DNA from: a virus
Virus record (IMG/VR): IMGVR_UViG_3300046387_000246
Coordinates: 11,494 to 75,493 of that record
Strand: one strand, 5' to 3'
DNA: 64,000 nucleotides
The notes beneath the pieces were generated by a model. That model ran no database searches and was not told the origin of the DNA. It was given only the letters and a program-made list of their open reading frames with translations. The translations under genes and the position numbers were made by a program. Positions 27,101 to 30,662 of this stretch are shown in pieces. Positions within the stretch are counted from its first letter, which is position 1. Every line of letters begins with the position of its first letter.

Positions 27101-28890
27101 AATATATTCACTCAACATTCATAACAAGATTTGAATATGCATCATTAGTTACTGACTTCGGTGTTGATGATACCTTTAAGGTTGGTGATACATTACAATT
27201 ACAGAACGCTGGACAATCTGTAGGACATACATTTATTGTTACTGAACACGATGCAGACAATAATTACGTATACCTTGCAAATGAAGAAGGTAGATACGTA
27301 GGTATTGGTGAAGATTTAACTGTAATCCAAGGTGATACTGCATATCAACTTGCTAAGATTCCACCTGGATCTAACTTCCCAAGCGTTACAACTTCTGCAA
27401 TAACTACAGTAAATATTTCAAACACAACTGCTTATGGAAAGATTGAAAAAATTGAACAAATCGGTCTACGTGCGATCATTCACCTTGGTGATACTTCTGG
27501 AACATTCGTTAAGAACGCTCAAATCATCGGTGATTATGGATTCAGAGGTGCTTGTTCAGTTGCTAAGACTTTACGTGGACGTGTTAGAAGGTACTTCAGA
27601 GGATTCGATGGAGAAACTAAGAACTTCAAGTTAACACAAACAAACGGTACTGCATACTTCCCAGATCCAGCAGGTCATATGATGATCTTCGTGAACGGTA
27701 TTCTACAACCACCAGGCGGTAGTAACGCATTCACTGCATTCTCTGACAACATTCAATTCACTGAAGCACCTGCAATTAACTCTACCTTCCACGGTGTGTA
27801 CGTAGGTAAGTTAAGACAGTTGGATGACATCTCATTCGACTTCGATTCATTACGTAACTCATTCAACTTGAAGTTAGGTGGAGTGTTCTACTCCTTGACA
27901 CTAACTGAAGGTGTACAGTCAAATACAATTAGACCTGAAAACAACATCATCTGTCAGTTAAATGGTGTTATTCAGGAACCAGGCATCGGTTTTGAGATCG
28001 TTGGTTCACGTATTATCTTCTCTGAAGTTCCTCGTGCTGGTTCAACATTCGTTGCATTCTCCTACATTGGTTCTGATGTTGACGTTATTGCTGCAACAGT
28101 CGTACCACCAATCGAAGCTGGTGACAAACTAGCAATTGAAGGTGAAGAATTTGAAAGAACTGTTGCTCTGATTGAGTCTTCTAACTCACTAATTACCTTC
28201 GAATACACTGGATCTGTTCGTGGACGTAACGCTTCTGCTCTTGCAACTATCGAGAAAGGACGTATCACTGAAGCGATACTTACAAACTCAGGTGATGGTT
28301 ATACATCTCGTCCAAACGTTGATGTGATTTCCTCCTCTGGTTTCGGTGGTAAGATTAAAGCACTCGTTGGTCTCGCACGTATTGATGTTAAGAATGCGGG
28401 TCAAGGTTACTCACATCCATCGATTGAAGTTGCTACTACAGTCGCAGACGACTTCTTAGGACCTATAGGTGCTGGTGTTAACGGTGGTATCGATATTTAC
28501 GATCCTAATTACATTCCACCTGGCGAAACTGAGGCAGTTGGTGAAGCATTTATAACCATTGAATCACAACCTGTTAACACAACAGTTAACCAAGGTGATC
28601 CTGCATCATTCACTGTGATCGCATCCACAACACCTGCTGGTGGCACTATTAACTATCAGTGGCAGAAGAAGGATTATGGTACTAACGCTTGGATAAATAT
28701 ATCAGGTGCTACATCACCTACCTTCAATGCTCCTGCAACTACACAGGCAGATGGTGGTGATGAATTCAGAGTCGGACTTACATCAGTCGGTGCAACTCCA
28801 ACATTATCTCAATCAGCAGTTCTAACGATTAACATCGGTGCAACTACAGTTGATAACTTCAGTCCAGATCAAATCTTTGATGACAACTAA
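3190..28890 (+). CDS. g7: Giant (8,566 aa) baseplate wedge initiator gp7-like protein with many inserted domains (Gly-rich beta repeats, YHYH-like, beta-propeller, two LamG, CBM-like, helical repeats, 21 Cys/His beta-domains, C-terminal Ig-like)
   Basis: Follows gp6. gp7-type segments are QIPAFIKED..F..LL.QYYKSQE (N-term), IKTISDFYASKGT (~5275-5313) and IQDSYFYQNFSY..HPVG (~13594-13701). The reading frame is uninterrupted. Confidence 0.85.
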   Translation: MKAITISDRLQDQIPAFIKEDNDQFVNLLTQYYKSQEKSGRPYDVLSNILRYTDIGSGEFDPNFLSSTSAVLERVDPTQKTIIAENVNYFLENDGTIKIDEEVIYYDKITHSPDIVFTPGVDKAEFDRKIQEFEPISDQFDGSTTLFPLRLLGKPVTPQSSQHLLVIVNNEFKYPDVDYFLEGDKIRLVNPPETPTGLLTGAINTVRYLIGYTSIPVRSLDTITVANDAKEFELKLDGSSYTPLSTVSSIVVVNRVEKRPYEDFTIFENKLIFKEDIGENSVIAIRSIELIAPEFGGGASAVAQIEDEKLKSVIVKEGGSGYRLSFAPKISVASTKGTGFGATAEALVNGIKETQLLFAGQGYASNNPPVVIVDSPADPEGKTAQIRAVVDDSIEGVSQLIVDSSGSGYDRIPSIKFQNPGGATISNPTLTNGVIDPDSITVTDDGSGYTTAPLVYLDLPTGDNAIRANVVATIDAFGRVNGITVVSGGQGYTSVPRARIIDPVGAQILDVNVTAGRVTNIELLTGGAGYTDAPSVYIVDNRKDITGAPAGGTGATAVATIFNGEITDINITSFGNGYSETEPPQVFIAAPPAPEASCDVGFGEITGFTIHSAGSGYQPSAFVNCKRGVSSTSSFDQKGNQVYSTEASTIQSSHEIGGVIHNLDTLFAKELYRRYVNQYLPNAEIDYEKVNAPQIIKTISDFYASKGTKISTQYLFKMLFSENVDVSYPKDEVIKPSAASWNVDTVLRAELIEGDPIDLLDSQLIQYVDDVDNSVKGASALIENVIAINTGVGTVYELAISEETLQGSFTIPYKTTLVESLNTTESIITVDSTIGWPERNGTIRINDTEQVQYKEKTLNQFIECTRSKNGVVEDWDAGTVIHSDIFVYCNRGTNTEIKLRVLGIADAKSTVLTDTGSYYLPGDKLNVASLGSTATDQRITSWLYNVKKLINVTDIVPGGLNNQTATVTCSNKHGLLVGDTVTIYGANPTVFNGTFLVTSRISDFLFEYNIPAPADAAPQGNILLSVDLNKGKSTEEGISIAIRDFTTNVQNTFFDDTHSYIASSGIPNYQVGPFVGSALLPGNQRKLIRIPRVINTISKREQTSFGPIGAWVNGVSAWSYKSETKIKYGGVIDISITNVGQGYDAANPPVIEISGGNGTGAAASVVVNGALSEIEVTSGGTGYTSSPLVSIVGGNGFGATATAVITNGVVSKILVENPGQGYTSQPDVSISGGEGTGATATAEVRGPIQSVSIDNAGSSYTASPTIKLNSGEGAVAQSIIINGRIVSIAIIAAGRAYTTAPEIVINGDGYGAVARATIGTVGEDRGKVIGVTVVNRGIGYTTGNTTIRLEAVGEMATFTANVFEWTRNLQDELGQSFDTARGYVFAGYNTQYGGEYAHVSDPKQLRYVLGDNVFKNQSTQQLQELATGWLHSPILGWAFDGNPIYGPYGYIDATDQSSGVRRIRSSYKIKDVLIYDAATNPTPVRADGPLLSNYSAGSFIEDYEYTFQYGDLDQYNGRFCKTPEFPEGIYAYFVSIDASDAGNPIFPYICGSQLYSKADEWNYSQNAVQTNIPLGVVRFRDPYEDVDIDIDRQPNQDTDILVTEFGEELIFEIEDTNRDGVINNLEDSTPINIAEEPVLQLFDYYPKVSTRSEVDIDIETTTKFEDAQVDGFVVENPGISYKVNDKLYFDNTDTEGFGASAKVDSVKGLSISGYSSYMANDIPYGRITTPSEHELRIGDEVIVTSNPILDSTNKTYRVKVISGVEELTITQNGVGYSSELPPTYELITDTGQDFQLSLVRTDAGGVSQANIINSGSGYSASNPPQIRVSHPQRYKKATYFLSFIKEATGILSVNDVRVADDRTIYVVGQRDITGGDTCGVLAKFNSDGRLLWQRTLVPTVPNANPKSLKWNSLYVENSNPHNIYVIGETVPNITNLTHNPDVIVAKYTSGFDNANNPDGILQWQRDIAGISGATRRDYATSIALDQDGRVMIGGYTDSNSLYADDMWVALLDIDGSIMEKRKIASSAVSERLHQLKWKSTDRFLFVGINEPDNTSDIIIGETVYDSATIELAWSKKITNASYKFKNPTFTIDEYGSVYVTATAVNTDGKNYGVLYVKFDNDVYTSTIHQKIFVPSGTYQSCENGGVKFDIFGNVDVSCSVQEDFNAAKSVTLKVGWNTGTAINSTVLSETSGIGFKPVAVSNDNSGDTIVVGNKVESDQLAIFNWDTADNLFDETYNDTLKTGTNKQWYATGNAVIDDTKKFAGASSIKLDAANSLALQYGSDVATSWTMEGFWALGSTQYAAANTKPIFYTSTDNAGNVVKFGLDADQSSPNYGKSFIDISGTTTFSAASVYFAVLNNEVFIHVAAVKERVGVGDYKYRFFINGIETQVLTSTTIDVNLKDASVGPDGTPGSVNNWIGWIDNIVISPTAKYVEAFTPPDTPILGSNSISKGFLYKVDKDKTQLGSFTLNDVESGHQITLASTSAYTFNTQAVTLNPWTIGPAGIQILDYGDVVAQHVPGVFTVTSTDQSYANKTSTIPTPGGKKLLLTTTVVPKYYFKDATYTQIDLVKTISFNQPATFTKGATLQQYSVIGGSDVISAYGQIVEVGASSVKIGKIIGTFDNTKLLKSTANDINELERNFTEEKTETQWATNFNYTVGDVVYNDKKLYTAQTTGVSSTIAPVHTTGVVSDGAINWAYTSASGIYVVDLANTSYNGSTLATFASWKAFSASDYTIKIEEIYDDSNFIKGDTIDADAVNLQFAVDATGKIATFTGLLGVKKISLIAKLNKDVIPSGSLTNTDLVYCSAASRHNFELNDIIFTENFGTNDYNGSFFVEEIFNSRDFSFRLRSTAVQDPTFAGTGSSVANVNIYAKHPKFLFVRGHQYIFDLDDASNLGYYLSFSKDNQYKLEYPFINIVREGTPGFTDDDSPTPLVKFIINEDVTNISYYFDPSRTGANSPVGEGSFIDVITSPYQGTFRVTGTSNGGKTFDFRLLNEPEKTTGAVGNDEFGLPRSTYSTTSIKAIGPISAIKLVNPGGFYQKLPIVTDIASNREIEKVRVTNGGTEYVNGVYYNVPISGDGEGAMCNITVTDDGDFTGVITDVTLTSAGKGYKTATIDVDAIPGILGPLLAGSGAVLDVVIPDEGSGASVFLQGKSIGKIKKLKNNEFGFGYSHDYTLKPEITFPVNLQLFNTALLAQIKITDPGSGYTSTPAVVIEGGGGSGASAEAIVKNNRLSEIIIKDPGAGYSSEPTVTLKSEFNYVVNVDLGYLQFNFPHGITNGAEVTLRAEDLGSTVGILPKPSSAGLVSLSSSQTYYAIAGQANGLESDQLRISLTQLDAESGSYITFLTQGEGRQILLTEVFGGQATAIVETSRFLAGELVYQGTSLQLASATGYVSTNEGWQIGPRILKLENYDGVWNPGERVTGEVSRASGLIDNLSIARGTLEIASLTNTPGQFIDDVGKPSEIVQKIQDSYFYQNFSYVIKSQTPINQWRKPVLETNHPVGFNLFGELSITGGKDISGRKVVSDLIKEVNINSFTNINKITSFANAQPIYTQFNNTEVLFRQKRLTNSEEILTSIVKKLDDISEDFDGIRTQFPLNVEGGSITAADNQMFVLINGVAQSPSVAFSTSGPSVVFTEAPKAPSRIKFRKVTLAQKIITRLTFSSIGGIFPLLGNTVRGIVSEATATVIDSGTNYIDVIDGEGTFQINENVLNSATGFNSVLSDVSPQTSKTIYEQGERITNLQGKFAVIEENNLDDGTVTNLLVVSRTSGTAEFETGEFDLGFNDIIYSARSKIAATIQSIAPYQDEVSNQIIDTVDLSPSSSFFGLVFQRVPSITFPNVILDNISETVINPTELYTETVNNQDFLDFENVRNQEVRLYNQSGTAFVAGDKLRLKKLYFGNSSLRRGHDVRTFNAAEALTRNARFIAEESVGAMLAFYPSFSIQTGRNADCEDDIVDALTMMAWQLEFDGNSEVFDIANTYVQGGGVYHVDGEVPQTVYAMEQARDLAIKCINMVTINTVHTSLQQWKDLTVTGEYSVTDNSHGDARTMILANKWYIAHEALYYAKQQNPGYTVSGGDEHCLSDIVDVLEALGYNTAHGGNDFVYEATDRILHYGVTSGDRDTIVNAMTKARDMAIAVMRNTAVAKQDTSHGWTQFTDATLTASLESPLCATVEATITTLMNLLINALGTTASPGTRAAFLAGQTRTEPSTALLSVPDANACVNQTSAITNYFRIITDTLQDPTGADKVTYPWSTSNLQRVAPPYSFVDTENLKSIKHAYKDKSSGGFFVFGETVTGITSGNTAEIIGSNAGNKWIYTKNPTGAFTAGEYITNSLLTNTNVVVDNLDYAVGTGSLEFNGSAYLTYPATENVAFGDGAGAAGDFTIELWVKVTAVNTNQVLIDFRTAAGSTTEAYLIIVNNTVRWNTGNVDRITSSASLQANTWTHIAVTRNSGLTRLFVGGSKEGVDYTDATNYGNMPVKIGANVAGSLPMTGHIENLMIKKGIAEYSSSFTPSATYDSGDLRLTFGFDGEAPIPLIKGEIYATFQQTITSQCSADGVELWRDEIMTEEIDLARDTYRDCADIIEKNKYWIAEEAIGRMKAKYPDFIIPGDTGISDQGTKTCLRDTYEYIIPAIVADLKYGGNYNTIVAGRGYLANQQGQLAHVNGELLQSIYAWREVGKLCNTVITANADDLTGVYTTRIRVPNYFASPASSTITTYISDIMDDLLDVLGPTGHRYRDGADLLYFNRKAIAEETVMWLEEKYNIMIGFNTADKLTIPGGSVGTNKCIRDLRDHIIPAISGDLLTGGNANIQGIIDSYLSSSDNISYVETELLPMLDAIGYTKWLMEKALQNCLVGRSENVANITGMTPLTIDDLFQLQYTDIPVFRKEVSADDNFAEQPLDPQIYAGSQRALDAADLINTNKRAIAEEAVDLTIKTEAFKHYGFRVPGGKVNCEDDIVDILEGVVHDLRFNSNSKTYDAALLYLDSENGLKHVKDQPAETLFAMKMARDMTVLAIQNRLGFKPYATYAPAGGGATGGEGFAGGGAIVEPRDTYYENASGNKAYNAADEIRNNLRFIATTAVGRAVQQYPSLAFGGYGYQSCVDDCVDILESLVFNLSHGGNNKMWYATEFYITDANAIQHVNNQAAEVKYVFEQARDLAIAVMRQQLITTNGYTEGDAIYDLDITIDQASGTAKHTPSNATYNPNTGDLVLTITGSHSITTSDTLRIDTNSLVFTCDQDDHQTLHPYPRATDPAALAILPITAVSGQDITVNVGITQRINFDAKDSTYDPETGLLTLDIGSHNLRIGQSLKILQDELLFRCSQDNYRTIHKYPRITDPVVDKAIDIEAVGTTFHTATFASWRPDSAFLSITIPNHGFKNGDRVRISNHSMTFTCSMDQHYSKKTYPRLSDAASGLFLPISNVTRNNFDVNIGKSPIKYFTPSQANYNPTTGALELILGNHGLTAGTHIKIADNSLTFTCDEDDNATYHTYPRTQTVQVTPTDASYNPVNGHLTVTVANHDFKVGEFVKVAENGIVMTCDMDGNASEHPYPRKKDPAYDSWMEIAAISTNTFTFKVGESPQISFTPTDAVYTPTTGDMKLTIGTHNLQAGTALKIEESGIVFSCAQDNHATEHPYPRSTILTAPNISNAMYDPAAGLLTVTTAAVHGFTDGDKVKFADNAITFTCSMDSNATNHPYPRSTDPASGKWLEVDVTSTTEFTCNVGRTPSVVFDPSMVVYDPSTGIMVMTIGAHDLTVGTSVRIANNSITFKCAQDNYATDHSYPRSTDPFYDTSCPITAVTDTTISVQVLSTVPSTNVTAHTWQPPAKLTPTNATYNPSTGVMEVTVANHGLMNGEHIRIDENAFTFTCNQDSNATNHAYPRSTDPAYHQFLPVSNVTQNTFQVTVLAVTPSTNTTTHAFVSAVSDSITRGVVRSGGIYTHAFVSAVAGSLSYKKDQAFDSSVTIKHEGTPLTPTGASYSGTTGICQITSNNHGLIDGDYVKLRDGALTFTCAEDSNATNHPYPRHTDLASNKWLKVTNVTQNTFDIQVLFSIPSTNQTAHLFVSGLTDGIVKKDDTITVNVGATTAGNYEHKFLYAEPAAIKTGGNYNHVFKSALPYSITKSKDPSYSNVLTIDGATSTSITVNVLPAVPSTNETSHTFISASNNAITTGGQYVHKFIEAQPDGIELESGSITVNVGTTPAVFYSVADAIYDGETGDMELMVGAHELLEGTSIKIHDNALTFTCDMDDHASEHVYPRLTDPAANTALVMKEAGSTSHTVTDASYNTITGDMTCTLNGHGLKTSRTLSPTFAKFDPTTGDMEIYSVNHGITDGESVKLADGAVTFRCAKDQFSSTHPYPRSSDPASDQFLVVKHASQNRFTVNVGTGETGGAISDQSEHRFQASVPNSITVAPNMVKFDQDAITFTCTKDSNATNHAYPRADDPVAGHWIPIKAVTTNTFTVNVGVSTAAGNYPHTFVSATTGGMKLQTGWVKVNVGSTPSTGFDPATASFNAITGIMTLGLGNHYFNRFDNIRVQPESLIFTCGLDNNATNHPYPRSTLIESTPSDVDYNPSTGYLTITQNNHGFSNGDFVRFKENAFTFTCDMNGNADNHSYPRTTDPVYDKWVTVESVQANTFNVFVGKTPTTGFEPYAVDYNPSTGLMKMTIGEHKFTTSQSIRIAAMSLNFRCDQDGQATDHLYPRSTDPLYQTSVPISAVDDTSITIQTLASAPSTNITTHVWQPQVGITPTGIDYDPVTGMMTVTCSNHGYNEGDMVKFAENGITFTCDKDSHVSDHPYPRKTDPAWDKWLPIETVTGTTFRVKVLDNVPSTNISTHTFKSAVANCITRATVRGGGVYNHTTVSIASNSMEHKRDPFYQRGINIDQVEETTHTVTNASYSPSSGVMRLTIPNHNFTASTSHTVTDALYTPADSMLRLTIAGHGFKEGDRIRIADNSITFTCDQDSNTTNHSYPRSTDPGSGAWLVATKVSTNHFHVNVGNFFGRGPISNQTTHSFVSATANGVEKANDKIKMAENSVTFTCAKDDNETLHPYPRQNDPAYNEYLPISDVTTHEFDVFVGRANLDQTVHQFYSATDNGVTHPTGNITINVGISSNTTTHNYVTTTTTYDITGATYSPTTGVMTLTIPNHKMYVGEYIYLADGAVTFSQGALPNSNDEVSGRMIRVQGVISDNRILIVYGTNSNTASWSYQSATAGAVTKPKILGGGVYNHKYVSSTGMAVRGGGHYTHQFEGPAKTTVTDAAYNPTSGVMTVTVPNHGWETGDGVIIDDDSIVFTCTQDSGATEHPYPRSKDPVSRQILTISNVTTNTFDVQVLATTPSTNTTTHTFVRATKHGIRRAAIHTGGAYNHIFVSSTNDSLTSYVGGGAARCQNEASAITTLMNIPINLFGSGSANPNTYISGITRTLPKEWPLTGERAIQRDISITYDSGSGDCATEASTISTLFGYLINVIDTASKGNGNYFTNQSITRNAPAQTNTLLAGGGICYNVVSAMSTLADLLEDTLGQAPEMYRQTARLLLLNDTYVRRESYYKTVQTYAGYNGDEDFGDSVRKAFIYDLLTDGNIATIDLVNSWFDAEGNFIAYPGIFRTQLIFHADAVKEMCVKIIKQKADNPGGYNQEIPYENKEYRPTETAEHKLHQLYHIIDVALNRSTFPSIYLKFNFDVGAQVNQNGSLDAPDGHNFEAYDRVTYTVLGTAIEELDRTTYIIHPDTSENLIWLAEEIDGEKLTVLSPGTPGQTHQLSVSDETGINRVPTTYGTRNVPTPITGGINTADIFFGETSGAYGEVIRIQDNLADILYAVKWMPLTRTSDPETFVNGEEVVKTGATGNKGTILATDNATYVKIIITGGNIQSGDAIEGSTSGATGNIGSDIHDRLLINIKQGDFIATDILYAKNATSKAEALIVRNNDGALLDNQSGRVTFDIESVKGQFNSGDVIYGSVTDQIIEIEGFNILPGFGEYIHSTFITRFEYASLVTDFGVDDTFKVGDTLQLQNAGQSVGHTFIVTEHDADNNYVYLANEEGRYVGIGEDLTVIQGDTAYQLAKIPPGSNFPSVTTSAITTVNISNTTAYGKIEKIEQIGLRAIIHLGDTSGTFVKNAQIIGDYGFRGACSVAKTLRGRVRRYFRGFDGETKNFKLTQTNGTAYFPDPAGHMMIFVNGILQPPGGSNAFTAFSDNIQFTEAPAINSTFHGVYVGKLRQLDDISFDFDSLRNSFNLKLGGVFYSLTLTEGVQSNTIRPENNIICQLNGVIQEPGIGFEIVGSRIIFSEVPRAGSTFVAFSYIGSDVDVIAATVVPPIEAGDKLAIEGEEFERTVALIESSNSLITFEYTGSVRGRNASALATIEKGRITEAILTNSGDGYTSRPNVDVISSSGFGGKIKALVGLARIDVKNAGQGYSHPSIEVATTVADDFLGPIGAGVNGGIDIYDPNYIPPGETEAVGEAFITIESQPVNTTVNQGDPASFTVIASTTPAGGTINYQWQKKDYGTNAWINISGATSPTFNAPATTQADGGDEFRVGLTSVGATPTLSQSAVLTINIGATTVDNFSPDQIFDDN
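14923..18771 (+). repeat. Helical protein repeats (DAA.LI..N...IAEEA ... C..D..D...A...DL..GGN ... ARD.A) in the gp7-like protein
   Basis: Six units are visible here and a seventh degenerate one at ~25750-26180. The closing helices of three units lie at ~25330-25743. Confidence 0.8.
18772..25317 (+). repeat. 21 copies of a ~100-aa Cys/His beta-domain (TP..A.Y.P.TG...NHG...FTC..D....H.YPR..DP...VNVG...H.FVSA)
   Basis: The motif recurs in the translation: 20 YPR-bearing units plus one degenerate unit. The copies are diverged at DNA level. Confidence 0.9.
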
Positions 28891-30635
28891 TGGCAGCTCA
28901 AGGTTCCTATAATGCAGCAACAGATGTACTAACAGTAACTGGCGATGGAATGCCACATCCAGTTGCTAAGGGTACGTTCCCTAATGCAAACAATCTAAAT
29001 GAAGTATCTGCGTATACTTTCAGTCACGCTTTTACGTATAGAGGTGGAGATAACACAACTGCTGGTGGTTCTATACCACTAGGTATTGTTGGAATTTCTG
29101 CCAACGGTGTTGCTTTGTTTAATCCCTCTGCTGGTAGTCTTGGAACTCCTCCATCTGGATTTAATTGGGTTGCTTCTGATGTCTTTGGTATGTACAATCC
29201 TGGTGATGATGCTGCTGGTGGTAGACCTAACGCTAATGATCAATACCATTATATTGATGGTGATTTTCTAAGTTCTTGGAAAGTTAATCAAGTGATGGGT
29301 TCTTACAATGATTATTATGGATTAAGTCAGTATCAAGGTGATAATATGCGTCACCCTGATGGACATTCTAAAATTTTAGGATTGGCATTTGACGGTTATC
29401 CTGTCTACGGTCCTTATGGATATGATTCAGCACAAGATAACACATCTCCTGTTAAAATTATGGAGACAGGTTATCAAATTAGAGAAAGTATTGCTACTAA
29501 TAGACCTGCATATGGTAATACAGCAGCAAATCCTCCTAAAGGTTCTCTTGTAGAGGACTATGAATATAACGTTAGTAAATCTGGGAGACATTTAGATGTA
29601 TACAATGGTCGCTATTGCCATACTCCTGAGTATCCAAACGGTACTTTTGCTTATTTCGTCACCATATGGAACGACGAAACGGAAACAAAAACACATACGG
29701 TAACTGTTACAAGTGAATCTGATGGTAACAAATATCGTCTTGATGGTGTTCTTTATCCCAACTTAACATTTATTCAAGGAAGTACATATAAGTTTATACA
29801 GGATGACTCTAGTAATCTTACACATCCTATTAGATTTTCAACAACACAACACGGTATTCACGGTGGTGGAGTTGAGTATACCAGTGGCGTAACTCACGTT
29901 GGTACACCAGGTCAACCTGGTGCATATACAGAGTTTGTTGTGCCATCAGATGCACCAAACTTATACTACTATTGCCACAACCATAATGGTATGGCTGGTA
30001 CTGGTGGTGCTATTACAGTATTGCCTAATCGCTACTTGACACCTAAGTTTCCGTATATATTAGGACTTTCTTCTAAAGAGACACTAAATATACCAGCAAA
30101 CCAAGGTATTGGTCAGGCAGCAGCAGGTGGTGGAGATGCTGGTGGAGGAACTCCATCCCAACCTCCTAATATTATAATTACTAATCAACCTACTAATGCA
30201 ACTATTGCTGCTGGAGGATCACAATCCTTTAGTTTGATTGCTGTAATTGAACCTGAAGATGGTACTAAAGGGTACCAGTGGCAAGTTTCAACTGACGGTG
30301 GATTTGCTTGGTCTAATATATCTGGTGCAAATACATCATCATATACATTGACAGCAGCAGCCTTTATGACTGGTTACAGATACCGATGTGTCGTGACAGG
30401 TCCTATAGGTGAATCACAACAAGCACAAAACTCACCCCTTGCATCAAACCTTGTAATCCTTACTGTGACTGGTGGTACCAGTCAAACCGATACGTCCAAT
30501 GTTTTGAAGTGGGACAGTAGTATTGGTAAATTCGATATGACTTCGATACCTTTTGATAGGGATAATAATAATCCCGACTTGGCGAGATCTGACGTACGTT
30601 TTGATCAAACCAATTTTGAATTCGACCTCACATAA
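28890..30635 (+). CDS. Virion protein with YHYH domain, cupredoxin-like domain and Ig-like domain
   Basis: GIVGISANGVALFNP, QYHY, HSKILGLAFDGYPVYGPYGY and LDVYNGRYC (YHYH); HPIRF...YYYCHNHNGM; ITNQP...YQWQVSTDGG...YRYRCVV (Ig-like). Confidence 0.8.
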   Translation: MAAQGSYNAATDVLTVTGDGMPHPVAKGTFPNANNLNEVSAYTFSHAFTYRGGDNTTAGGSIPLGIVGISANGVALFNPSAGSLGTPPSGFNWVASDVFGMYNPGDDAAGGRPNANDQYHYIDGDFLSSWKVNQVMGSYNDYYGLSQYQGDNMRHPDGHSKILGLAFDGYPVYGPYGYDSAQDNTSPVKIMETGYQIRESIATNRPAYGNTAANPPKGSLVEDYEYNVSKSGRHLDVYNGRYCHTPEYPNGTFAYFVTIWNDETETKTHTVTVTSESDGNKYRLDGVLYPNLTFIQGSTYKFIQDDSSNLTHPIRFSTTQHGIHGGGVEYTSGVTHVGTPGQPGAYTEFVVPSDAPNLYYYCHNHNGMAGTGGAITVLPNRYLTPKFPYILGLSSKETLNIPANQGIGQAAAGGGDAGGGTPSQPPNIIITNQPTNATIAAGGSQSFSLIAVIEPEDGTKGYQWQVSTDGGFAWSNISGANTSSYTLTAAAFMTGYRYRCVVTGPIGESQQAQNSPLASNLVILTVTGGTSQTDTSNVLKWDSSIGKFDMTSIPFDRDNNNPDLARSDVRFDQTNFEFDLT

Positions 30636-30638
30636 ATA
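30631..30638 (+). promoter_or_regulatory. T4-type late promoter (CATAAATA)
   Basis: Overlaps the stop codon of the previous gene, 24 nt before the ATG at 30663. Confidence 0.65.
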
Positions 30639-30662
30639 AAACTGTAGAAAAACCCCACTACT

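Noticed and set aside
3190-28890. Intein, intron or read-through fusion as the cause of the giant ORF
   Set aside because: I saw no intein splice motifs or homing-endonuclease signatures and no internal stops. The long-range nested pairing argues for a genuine single protein.
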